A stretch of DNA of 64,000 bases from a virus (taxonomy: Duplodnaviria > Heunggongvirae > Uroviricota > Caudoviricetes), in the IMG/VR virus record IMGVR_UViG_3300037418_003161, positions 32,001-96,000 of that record. One strand, written 5' to 3'. Below, piece after piece: positions 53,116-62,100 of this stretch (within the stretch, counting starts at the first letter, position 1; each line of letters opens with the position of its first letter). The notes under the pieces were generated by a model. The model was not told the origin of the DNA and searched no databases. It saw only the letters and a program-made list of their open reading frames with translations. The translations under genes were made by a program, and so were the position numbers.

Positions 53116-54507
53116 TTATTTTTTATTTTGATTTTGCTGTTCGTTAAATAAAGCGGCTTCCCTTATGCGGCTTTGTCTGCGCTTCATTTCTTGCGCTTCT
53201 TTATCCACTTCAAAACCAAGGAAAGTGCTGCACGACTCGGTGTCTATTCTTAAGTACTCGTTATCGAACGTACAATTGTTAAACACCAACCCATCTGGCC
53301 CTATGCGGGATTTGGTGATTGCCATGGTTGCCAGTTTGTTTTCTTTTTGGTTGAGGGTCTTGGCAATGGTGATGATAACGTGGCCCACTTGTGCTTTTTT
53401 AATTGAACCTCCCATTTGGTCGGTTGTGACCACATCCGATGCAATGGAACTGCGGTTTCCTTGGGTAGCGACCCATGTAGCTACATCCAATTCATGACCC
53501 ATCGCTTCAATTTGGCGCATCAGTGTACCCTCGTTCACCCAATCTTCTCCACCTGAAATAATACAGTCAACATAGTCAATAATGATAAGGTCGATTTTAC
53601 CTACTTCAGCAATTACTTTTAGGATACGGCTTTTTAAATCCGCAAACGTGTAGGTCTCAGAGGGGTATTTACGCAAAATGAGCTTACCAGTACACTTGGC
53701 TTTGAACTCTTCAAGTATGGCTTTTATTCGCTCTACCTGATTGCCTTGGTCATTAGGAGAAATACCTGTAATTCCGCATATATGTTTACGTTGGATTTGT
53801 TTCTTTTTATCCTCAAAAAAGATATGCAGTACATTGTACCCCAACTTGTATGCAGTATTGGCAAACTTGGTAGTAATGGTTGATTTTCCCACACCAGTTG
53901 GCGCAAGGATAACACCTAATTCTCCTTTACCCAATCCCCCACTGAGTGGGTCATCCAAACCTTTTATGCCTGTGGGTATAGGGTGTCTGAAATCCGGGCT
54001 GAGAACTTCATCCAAATCATCAAAAACGTCCTTGGTGTCCTCATCATCCTGAACACCCACTTGCAGGGCCTCCCGGATGAGTTCTTCTGCCTTGTCGTAG
54101 TTTTCAAAGTCACCCTTCTTAATCATGGTGTCCACCTTTTTGATGGCTTTGTGCAACTCCTGTTGTTTACAGAATTTAAGGGCTTTTTCTTTGATGAAGG
54201 AGCTTTCCCCGGCTTCAATTTCAAGGGCTTTAACCTCCTTTAAAACGTCCATTACGTATTGACGTGCCATGTCGGATTTGATGTCGCTCACCACCAACAT
54301 ATCCAACGAATCGAAAGTGGGAATGGAGTCGTATTTTTCAGCGAATTCTTTAATCAGTTGAACGATGAGGCGGTAGTAATCGTTGTCGAAATACTTAGAA
54401 TTTATGGTGTGTATTATCGAGTGTGAAAACTTCTTGTCGGTAATCAGTAAGTAGAGTAGAGAAATTTGAAATTTGTGTCCTAGATATCCAAAATTTTTGT
54501 CACTCAT
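53116..54507 (-). CDS. dnaB: Replicative helicase (DnaB / T4 gp41-like)
   Basis: Walker A APTGVGKS, IIIDY Walker B, ATQGNR, KSRIG. Confidence 0.9.
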   Translation of the reverse strand: MSDKNFGYLGHKFQISLLYLLITDKKFSHSIIHTINSKYFDNDYYRLIVQLIKEFAEKYDSIPTFDSLDMLVVSDIKSDMARQYVMDVLKEVKALEIEAGESSFIKEKALKFCKQQELHKAIKKVDTMIKKGDFENYDKAEELIREALQVGVQDDEDTKDVFDDLDEVLSPDFRHPIPTGIKGLDDPLSGGLGKGELGVILAPTGVGKSTITTKFANTAYKLGYNVLHIFFEDKKKQIQRKHICGITGISPNDQGNQVERIKAILEEFKAKCTGKLILRKYPSETYTFADLKSRILKVIAEVGKIDLIIIDYVDCIISGGEDWVNEGTLMRQIEAMGHELDVATWVATQGNRSSIASDVVTTDQMGGSIKKAQVGHVIITIAKTLNQKENKLATMAITKSRIGPDGLVFNNCTFDNEYLRIDTESCSTFLGFEVDKEAQEMKRRQSRIREAALFNEQQNQNKK

Positions 54508-54553
54508 TTTTTCATAGGGATTAAATGTAAAAAATAAATATGCTCAATGGGGC

Positions 54554-54994
54554 TTAAAGTGCCACCCCATTGAACTCAGTTTCATAGACATCCTGCGACA
54601 ATGTGTCAGAAATTTTGGTTAGAATATTTCTAATTTCAGGACGTACATCTACCGTGTATCGTACCTTGGGAGGATAAATGCTTGCCGGGAATTGTCTAGC
54701 GATAATCACGTCATCGCCCAACCGAACTTGCATTGTGAAGTACTCCGAAGTGGGAACTGTAGTTTGGTCAGGTGAGTTGCCCAAAAATTTTTCATTTTCA
54801 AATAAAAACTCACTGGATTTTTTCTTCAAATCAGCCTGAATATCATTGGCTATATCTTGAATGGTTTCATACAAATCAAGCGACCTTCTTACTTTGGGAT
54901 TGTATCCTTTCACGTTAAAAAACCGTTGGCACACAATGTTGTTTTCCAGAGTAATTAAAAATTCAAACTTGGTTGTTGCATCTGCTTTTTTCAT
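54554..54994 (-). CDS. Hypothetical protein in the replication block
   Basis: Likely start ATG 54994 (MKKADATTKFEF), which avoids a long overlap; 146 aa. Confidence 0.7.
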   Translation of the reverse strand: MKKADATTKFEFLITLENNIVCQRFFNVKGYNPKVRRSLDLYETIQDIANDIQADLKKKSSEFLFENEKFLGNSPDQTTVPTSEYFTMQVRLGDDVIIARQFPASIYPPKVRYTVDVRPEIRNILTKISDTLSQDVYETEFNGVAL

Positions 54995-55005
54995 AGGGTA
55001 ATTGA

Positions 55006-56013
55006 TTAATTGTTGTTTTTGTAAAATTGTTTTTCTTTCCGAGCCAGTTGCAGCAGCGGAGCCAAATAGTCTATCCAACCATCATTGATGCGGGGTAAAT
55101 AGTTGAACAGCCCATCTTCCTTCATCATGCGCAACAGGTTCTTCCATCCCCGGTCTTCGGGGTCGAGTGGTACGGTAATAATTTGAACTATGTCTGATTT
55201 TGCTTGTTCGGTCAAGTGGGGATTCGATAAATCCACCAATTTTTTATTTATATCAAAGAAAGATTCTCCCAACACACCATGTTTGGTGACACCATTTACT
55301 AAATGAACTATGGTTTTGCTTGGCTTTGAACTACAAGCCAAACTTTCGGCTATCGGCCAAATGTCTTGGAGGGTGGTGGGATTCTCCCCAATTAAAGGAA
55401 AGTGTTTTATAAGCGTTTTTAGACCCATTCCTTTGATTCCTGCCACGTTATCGCTTTCATCGCCGCAAATCGTTTTTACAAGGCTCACATTACACGGTGG
55501 AATGGTTATTCCATCTATGTTCACCTTATCGTTGTGGGTGATAAACTGAGATTGGCGGGGTAGGTAGACCTTCACCCTTTCATTGATAAGTTGGGTTACA
55601 TCGATGTCCCCGGAAAACACGGTGATGTATTCTTCTGCTGCATTGGCGCAATAAAACGCAATGCAATCGTCCGATTCTACGTTTTCATATTCACCCTGCC
55701 GGACGAAGAGTTCTTCCAAGTATTGTTTTATGCGTAGTTTTTGATAGGCACTTGACGCTTCGTCTTCTTCAGATTTGTATCTATCCCGCCTATTTTCTTT
55801 ATAGGTAGGATAGATAGCTCTTCTGAGGGAATCGTTGTTTTCTCCATCCCAAAACACAACAATTTTATCATATTGAAATTCTTCCAAATGCTTTTTGAGG
55901 GTATGGATGAAATGGAACAATCCACCGATATGTTGTCCTTGGTAATAATAGTCTTTAACCCCAAACAATCCAATCTTGAATAGATTGTCTCCATCAATAA
56001 TCAAAGTTTTCAT
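55006..56013 (-). CDS. 5'-3' exonuclease / flap endonuclease (PolA N-terminal, T4 RNase H-like)
   Basis: LIIDG, VFWDG, YK.NR, ESDD, SGD.D, GDESDNVAGIKGMG helix-hairpin-helix. Confidence 0.9.
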   Translation of the reverse strand: MKTLIIDGDNLFKIGLFGVKDYYYQGQHIGGLFHFIHTLKKHLEEFQYDKIVVFWDGENNDSLRRAIYPTYKENRRDRYKSEEDEASSAYQKLRIKQYLEELFVRQGEYENVESDDCIAFYCANAAEEYITVFSGDIDVTQLINERVKVYLPRQSQFITHNDKVNIDGITIPPCNVSLVKTICGDESDNVAGIKGMGLKTLIKHFPLIGENPTTLQDIWPIAESLACSSKPSKTIVHLVNGVTKHGVLGESFFDINKKLVDLSNPHLTEQAKSDIVQIITVPLDPEDRGWKNLLRMMKEDGLFNYLPRINDGWIDYLAPLLQLARKEKQFYKNNN

Positions 56014-56051
56014 AGCATACACATGATTGTTTTATGGAGAACAACCAAACC

Positions 56052-57107
56052 TTAGTCCATGTCTTCTGTTTCGATATCTGTTACAATGTCTTCTTCTGCA
56101 AATTCTACCTCATCTCCCAAGAGGGCTTCATCGTCACCACCAATTCGCATGATGTCAGCCCAATATTCCGCATACTGGCTTTTGTATGATTTAATTGCTT
56201 CAGGATTATCATCAATAAAACCGTGTGGAACGGCTATGATGCTACTATCCGCATATCCCAAACCGTGAACGTGATTTTTAACCACCGTCACTTTTGTTCT
56301 GATACCGAAGTTGACCTTACGCCCCTTGTGAACCAAGGAAATTTGGGATGTTCCGGCATGGGCCTGATTGCCGCAACGAATTACCAAGTTGGCCGACAAA
56401 TAAATGGCCTGTCCACCCTTGGGCTGCATTGTGCCTTGTCCCATAACCGGGTTGTCGGGTAATCTGAACCATGGTTGGTTGATGATGATGGCCGTATTGC
56501 GGTACGGATAAGAAGCTTTGTTGGAAGCTTGGATTTTTTGTGCAATACTTTCACCCCATCTTTCTTTGATAACCCTTGCCGTATGCATTGTACCGCCTTT
56601 ACCGTCATACGACATTTTACACGGTACAGTACCCACAGAATCCCACAGGAATAACAAGTCATAGGGAATGTTTCCGGCTGCTTGTTCGTCCAAGAGTTCT
56701 TTGATGTAGTCAAAGATTTGTTCGATGTATTCAAACCCTAATTTATAGAGCATGAAGCCACCCCAATATTCCGACCCATCTTCTCTTATTTTCAATTCGC
56801 AATCCAACCCCATGTCTTTTGCGTGTTGGAAGGAGAACTTTTGTTCTGTGAAAAGAAATACTGGTAGGATGCCTCTTTTTTGGGCCGCTACTGCGGCAAG
56901 GCTTAAAATGGTGGTCTTACCAGTGTTTGACCAACCAAGGATTTGTGTGATGCCACCCAAGGGAATTTGTACCCCGGAGGCTTTATAAAACGATTCACCG
57001 ATGCTCAGCCATTCTTGGTCTTTGTATCTGTCGTTGCTTGAAAATTTTTCTTGTAATGCTTCGAAATTAAATTCTTTCTTTTTTGTTGCTTTTTTCTCTT
57101 TAGCCAT
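56052..57107 (-). CDS. recA: RecA/UvsX-like recombinase
   Basis: GWSNTGKT Walker A, WDSVG, IINQ, PKGG, VVKNHV. Confidence 0.85.
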   Translation of the reverse strand: MAKEKKATKKKEFNFEALQEKFSSNDRYKDQEWLSIGESFYKASGVQIPLGGITQILGWSNTGKTTILSLAAVAAQKRGILPVFLFTEQKFSFQHAKDMGLDCELKIREDGSEYWGGFMLYKLGFEYIEQIFDYIKELLDEQAAGNIPYDLLFLWDSVGTVPCKMSYDGKGGTMHTARVIKERWGESIAQKIQASNKASYPYRNTAIIINQPWFRLPDNPVMGQGTMQPKGGQAIYLSANLVIRCGNQAHAGTSQISLVHKGRKVNFGIRTKVTVVKNHVHGLGYADSSIIAVPHGFIDDNPEAIKSYKSQYAEYWADIMRIGGDDEALLGDEVEFAEEDIVTDIETEDMD

Positions 57108-57130
57108 AAAATTTTTACCGAAATGGGATT

Positions 57131-57161
57131 AAAAAACGGATAAGTGATTTATCCGTTTTTT
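57131..57161. terminator. Bidirectional intrinsic terminator between the SSB-like and recA-like genes
   Basis: AAAAAACGGATAA / TTATCCGTTTTTT inverted repeat. Confidence 0.7.
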
Positions 57162-57178
57162 ATGTGCTTATATTCTTA

Positions 57179-58060
57179 TTAGAATGGGAGGTCATCACTA
57201 TCAGCATCGTAGGTTTCTGCCCCTACTTCCTCTTCATCTTCCTGTAAGAATTTTTGTGCGCTTGAGGTAGAAGAAAGTTCTAATGCTTCTTCTTCTTGAT
57301 TGCCCCACACATACTTTTTCAGTTGGGTAGACCATTTTGGCTCGAAGCCATCGGCGACACCTTGCAAATAATCCAAGGGTTTTTTGCTGTACACGTCTTC
57401 CCAAGTGGATTCATCAGCCAACCATTCTTGCATGATTTCTGCATCAGCGTGTAGCGGAGAGGGGTCTTCGGGTAAGATGCTGCTAACAGCAGTGTAAGAA
57501 GACTTCTTATTAGGGGTTTCGGTTTTTACAAGGTTCAAAACCAAGTCCCGGCCAGTTTGTGCATCGGCAATATCACCCTTCTTTCTGTAGATAGGGATGA
57601 TTTTATCCATCACACCATCACCCTTCCATGCTTCTTTAAAGCGATAGAATTTGGGGCCGTGGGCTTCATTGGCTCGGTCAATCAATTTAACAATATAGAA
57701 CTTTTTGGGTTTATATTGTTTGGCCAGTTCCTTATCCCCTTTTGCTAATAAATTTGCATGTGTTTCGTTTAGGGGTGAGGGTTTGCCTTCGTTCATTCCG
57801 GGGTCATACAACTTTACGTATTTACCACCCAAGTATACTTCATGAAAATACACTTCTACAAAGGGTGAGCCGTCTTTTACTGGAAGGATTCGAACAGTGG
57901 CTTCGGCTGTTGTACCAACCGGGGCTTTTTTGTCGATTTGAGGAGAGAAGTAGCGTTTGAGTCTTTCTTCTTCGGTTAACTTTGGTGTTTGTTTCGGACG
58001 TGTTGCTTCTTGCTTGTTCTTCTCATACTGAGCAAGAACAGCTTCTAAACTGTTACTCAT
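57179..58060 (-). CDS. Single-stranded DNA-binding protein (T4 gp32-like)
   Basis: 'VRILP', 'YFH', 'TGRDL.L'; acidic C-terminal tail ending DDLPF; adjacent to recA. Confidence 0.75.
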   Translation of the reverse strand: MSNSLEAVLAQYEKNKQEATRPKQTPKLTEEERLKRYFSPQIDKKAPVGTTAEATVRILPVKDGSPFVEVYFHEVYLGGKYVKLYDPGMNEGKPSPLNETHANLLAKGDKELAKQYKPKKFYIVKLIDRANEAHGPKFYRFKEAWKGDGVMDKIIPIYRKKGDIADAQTGRDLVLNLVKTETPNKKSSYTAVSSILPEDPSPLHADAEIMQEWLADESTWEDVYSKKPLDYLQGVADGFEPKWSTQLKKYVWGNQEEEALELSSTSSAQKFLQEDEEEVGAETYDADSDDLPF

Positions 58061-58106
58061 AGGATAGCGATTAAAAAATAATAATTAAAAAAAATACTTA
58101 GAACAA

Positions 58107-58135
58107 ATAATACAAAAAATTATTGATAATGTCAA
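58107..58135 (-). promoter_or_regulatory. Sigma70-like promoter TTGACA-N17-TATTAT
   Basis: Minus strand TTGACA (58135-58130), 17 nt, TATTAT (58112-58107), upstream of the SSB gene. Confidence 0.5.
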
Positions 58136-58237
58136 GTCATTTACTGTATATATAAATATCTTTTGGGTGTTCTTCGAGTCAGCTTTCAAGGGCTTTTTTT
58201 GCCTTATTTTTCTCTGAAACTGATACAAAATAATACG

Positions 58238-58270
58238 AAAAAAAAAGGGTGAAGTCAATAGCTTCACCCC
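58238..58270 (-). terminator. Intrinsic terminator
   Basis: GGGTGAAG-loop-CTTCACCC followed by a long T run on the minus strand. Confidence 0.75.
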
Positions 58271-58295
58271 GATTTTATCCATTTATTATTCTTTT

Positions 58296-58973
58296 TTAAA
58301 TCTCATCAAAAGACTTTGCGATGTCGTCGTTCATGTAGTTGTTCGCATCGTCTTGGGTTAATACGTAATTGTTCTTACGTGTCATTTCCATTTCCGGCTT
58401 TTTATCCTGAAAGAAATCAGTTAGCTTTTGAGAAAAGGGATAGGAATCATACGAGCGCAGATTGAGTTTTTCTTCAGGGGTTAACGGCTTAATTTCCGTT
58501 ACCTTTTTTTCCAAATCATCAATCTTGGCAATCACCGAATCCATTTGAGAAAGCTGATTGGCAAGGTCATCCAGTTTGGAAAAAATACTATCCATTTTAT
58601 GTACTGCATCCTGATTTTTCCCGGCTTCTTGGTCAATCTTTGTTTTGAGTTCCTTGGTCATATTTACAAGGTCGGTCACATCGATTTTTTCTTCACCACC
58701 CGTTGTTGGCGTGGGGTCTTCAGCCATTGGTGCGGGAGAAGCCGACTCACCGGGCGGTGGAGGTGTTCCACTATCGGGTGTGGTGGTAGCTCCATCCGGG
58801 GGTGTTGTACCGGAATCAGCCGGAGGTGGAGGTGTTCCACCATCACCATTGGGGGCAGCACCCGGAGCAGATGCGTCATCGGATGCGGTAGGAGGAGGAG
58901 CGGCCTGTTCGCTGATGTATCGGTTAATAGTTTTATACCTATTAACAACTTCGGTTAATTTCTTTTCTAACAT
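58296..58973 (-). CDS. Pro-rich / coiled-coil hypothetical protein (possible head scaffold/core)
   Basis: 225 aa; LTE/ISE motifs near the N-terminus, a Pro/Ala/Gly acidic linker, then a heptad-like segment. Confidence 0.65.
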   Translation of the reverse strand: MLEKKLTEVVNRYKTINRYISEQAAPPPTASDDASAPGAAPNGDGGTPPPPADSGTTPPDGATTTPDSGTPPPPGESASPAPMAEDPTPTTGGEEKIDVTDLVNMTKELKTKIDQEAGKNQDAVHKMDSIFSKLDDLANQLSQMDSVIAKIDDLEKKVTEIKPLTPEEKLNLRSYDSYPFSQKLTDFFQDKKPEMEMTRKNNYVLTQDDANNYMNDDIAKSFDEI

Positions 58974-59149
58974 TAGTCTCTTAATAAGATTTTACCACTT
59001 TCGGTTATGTATGTTTTATCAATACGCTCTATCAAACCATCTTTGGCTTTGAGGGTTTCCGTAGATGAATCGTTTTGTGTTTGGTTGGTTGTTGGGGTCT
59101 CATTTTTGTTGAGAAATTTATCCAACGCATTGTTGATATCTTTTTTCAT
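58973..59149 (-). CDS. Small hypothetical protein (58 aa)
   Basis: Translated by hand: MKKDINNALDKFLNKNETP...KDGLIERIDKTYITESGKILLRD; TATTTATA upstream; TAATG coupling. Confidence 0.7.
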   Translation of the reverse strand: MKKDINNALDKFLNKNETPTTNQTQNDSSTETLKAKDGLIERIDKTYITESGKILLRD

Positions 59150-59186
59150 AAAGCTTTTCTTATAAATATTGTCGAAACTTCAAAAC

Positions 59187-62100
59187 TTATTTGGACTGAT
59201 AGGATTTCGCCCGGTTCAACAGTCGTTGATAAATGATTTTGTTGGTTGATATCATCACTTCGTCTAATTCAGGTAAATCAAACTTGGAGATGCGTGACCC
59301 TGTAAACGTGGTTACAACTTGGTTGTTGCGAATCTCATGGCGCACCTCATAAATCAAATACGCCCCGGCAAACATGGGTACGTTGCGGAGTTGGAAATAC
59401 ATGGTGGGCTGAATCATCACATTCCCCAACATGGTCACTTCACAGGTGTAGCTGCGGTTTTTATAAACCGAAAAAAGCTCCGTTCCAACATGAGCAAGAT
59501 TGCTATTGGCCAGTTCCTCCAAGATGCGGAAGGATTCAGCCGTGTCCTTAAAGTTGGCTTGGTCAAGCGAAATGTCCTTAAAAATACCTTGGGCTTGGTC
59601 GCCAAAATTGACTTCAAAACACACAACCCGGTTTGATTTGTCAAACCTTGCGGTTTTGGAGGTTTCCAATTTTCCAGCTACCGGGTTTTCCACTATATTG
59701 CTCATATCAAAAGAATCATTGGAGAACTTATAGTCTTTGCTTACTCCATTCATGTTCAGGTGGGAAGACGAGAGACCCACATACTGACATAAAAATTTGG
59801 GGGAGGTATTTAAGTAATCCACCTCAAGGAATGTTCCAAACAAATCGGTGGCTATCTGAGATGAACTATAGCGGGGTCGGCCTGTATCTCCCACCTCCGT
59901 TATACCATAGAAATTTACATACGCCGGAAGAGGAATGAAATTAAACCCGGTGTCTTTTAACAACTCCCCGATTAATCCGTCAAGGCGCATGTTACCATTG
60001 TTGTCGTTTAAAATATTTTGCAACCGGAACAGGTTGACAAATGTTTTCTGACCGATATCCCGGTTAGCTCTGTCCAAGAACAAAAAGTCGTTCATTAGGG
60101 TTTTATCAGCAATGATGTTACCCCCCACCCAACGGTCATTAAATGTTTTAAAGGTGTTGTAAAGCTCCAACTTGATTGTTTGGTTATCGTTGAAACCCTG
60201 TAGTGACAGTGGTAAATCCCGCACTTGGGTCAGGTTGATTTTGTTTAAATCCTCAAAAGCGGTGGTGACAAATTCATTAAGTTTGTTTTGGTAGGAGTTG
60301 GCAAGCGTCCTGACTGATGTAACAAATGATGCATCGCTAATTCCCCGCTCTTTGAGACCTCCGTAGTATCGAACCAACATCCGAAACTTAGTAAAATTGT
60401 CCTTATCAAAGGACAGGTTGTAGGTTTGGAAAAACTTCAGGTAGTGACCATCAAAGTCTTCACCGATAATGTTTTTCAAATCCTCGTTCGTGGTGCTGTC
60501 AACCTGTGTGGGGTTAAAGTGTGGTAAATGAAACGCCTCACTGTGTTCAATAAAGTTGTTCAGTGTTTTGAGGTTGATTTCCTTGGGGTTGGCAATCTTT
60601 AGGTGATAGTATTGTTCAATGAGTTTTTTTGAAAGGTCTTCACAAACCTGTTCCTGTACCGTCTTAAAACCAATCAAGGGGTCGGAGAAGGTGGTGGTTA
60701 GGGTGCAAAGACTTTTTAATATGCTTTGCATGGTAAGGTCGCCCTTCGTCCCACAGAACTCCAAAAAGACTTCTTCAAAAAGGTCAAGGATTTGCGGCTT
60801 AAAGGTTGCCAACAGGTCAAGGGCCTTATAGTAGTTGGCATCAAAGGAAAAATCATCCCTTGAAGAACTTCTGAAATATTCATTTTGCTTGGGAGCGGTG
60901 AACCCATCGAAACTCAATTCAGCAACATTCACTTCATCCAGATAAATCCGGGTGGTTAGGTTTTGGTAGTTCTTAATAGAATTAAACTTGTCTAAGTGCA
61001 GCCCGGCACTTGAAGGGAATAGGAAATAGGTATCCCCGGTCAATCGTGCGTAGGCTGTGAAATAATCAATTTGCGGTGAATTGGTCTTGGGGGTGTAGAG
61101 TGTAAGTTTGTTGTGGTTCAGCCGATTTTGAATCACACTTTCATATTCCTGTGTGGTCGCCCCGGTCATTCCAAAAAAAAGTTGACCGTTGTTTAACCCA
61201 CCGTAAAACATATCAAAATACTTGGGGTAGAACCCAACGTTGTTGTCCAGCCCCGCCACGCTTTTTGTTGCTCCGTCAATTGACAGATTAAGGGTCAGTC
61301 CGGCACTGCCGTCAAAGAGTTCTTCCACATCGTTGTTGTGGAATACATCCAAATAATCGGTTTTTTGTTTGTAGCGATTCCATACGCTTCCCATCTTCAA
61401 GACAAACAAATAGGGAAGTTTGTGTACTGCGGCATATTGGTTAAATCCTGCGAATACGTACTTGTCGCTTCCGGCAAATAAATTGTAGAGGTTAACAATC
61501 GGCAGCGAGTTTAAAAACAAATAAGCACTCCTCCTGTAATTTTTTTCAGGAATGTCTTTTTGGAGTGCGTTGGTAAAGAAGGGTGTGTTTAAAATATTAA
61601 TTGTTATGCCGGAATGATAAAAATTGGCGTCCTTGAAGATATTGTTTTTTTCTCCAAAATACCAGTTATCTATATCGGAATTGCTACTTAAAAGTCCATG
61701 GGTAATATCTACTTTTAGTACTTTGTTCACCGAAAAGTCGGTGTTGTTCAGGGTGGATTGGGCTTCCTTCCCCTGAAGCTGGCGGTAAAACAATTTATTG
61801 TTGATGGGGTAGAGGTTTTTTACCAGTAACCCGTTTTCGCCACTGATTTCATTATGCACTTCGCTGTAGTTGGCATACAAGGCCGAATCTACCTGAGTCT
61901 CTTCTGTAACAGGGAGCAAATCATAGTCCTGAAGTTGGGTGGGGAGGAGGTATTTGGTAGTGAAAATTTCATCTTTGGTATTTTCCCACCGTTTGAAGGG
62001 GGACAACTCAAAGAGTTCGGTTTTCAAAGTGGATAGGTTGCGGTTGGCTTTTAGCTTTTGTTCCACTTCCGCTACCCCGGCCACGTTGTCTTTGACGTTT

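Noticed and set aside
50557-57107. Introns or inteins in RNR, helicase or recombinase
   Set aside because: The ORFs are continuous, of ordinary length, and lack Hint or endonuclease motifs
863-59168. TATAAATA as T4-type late promoters firing on the plus strand
   Set aside because: The orientation is opposite to the adjacent genes; reported instead as minus-strand TATTTAT
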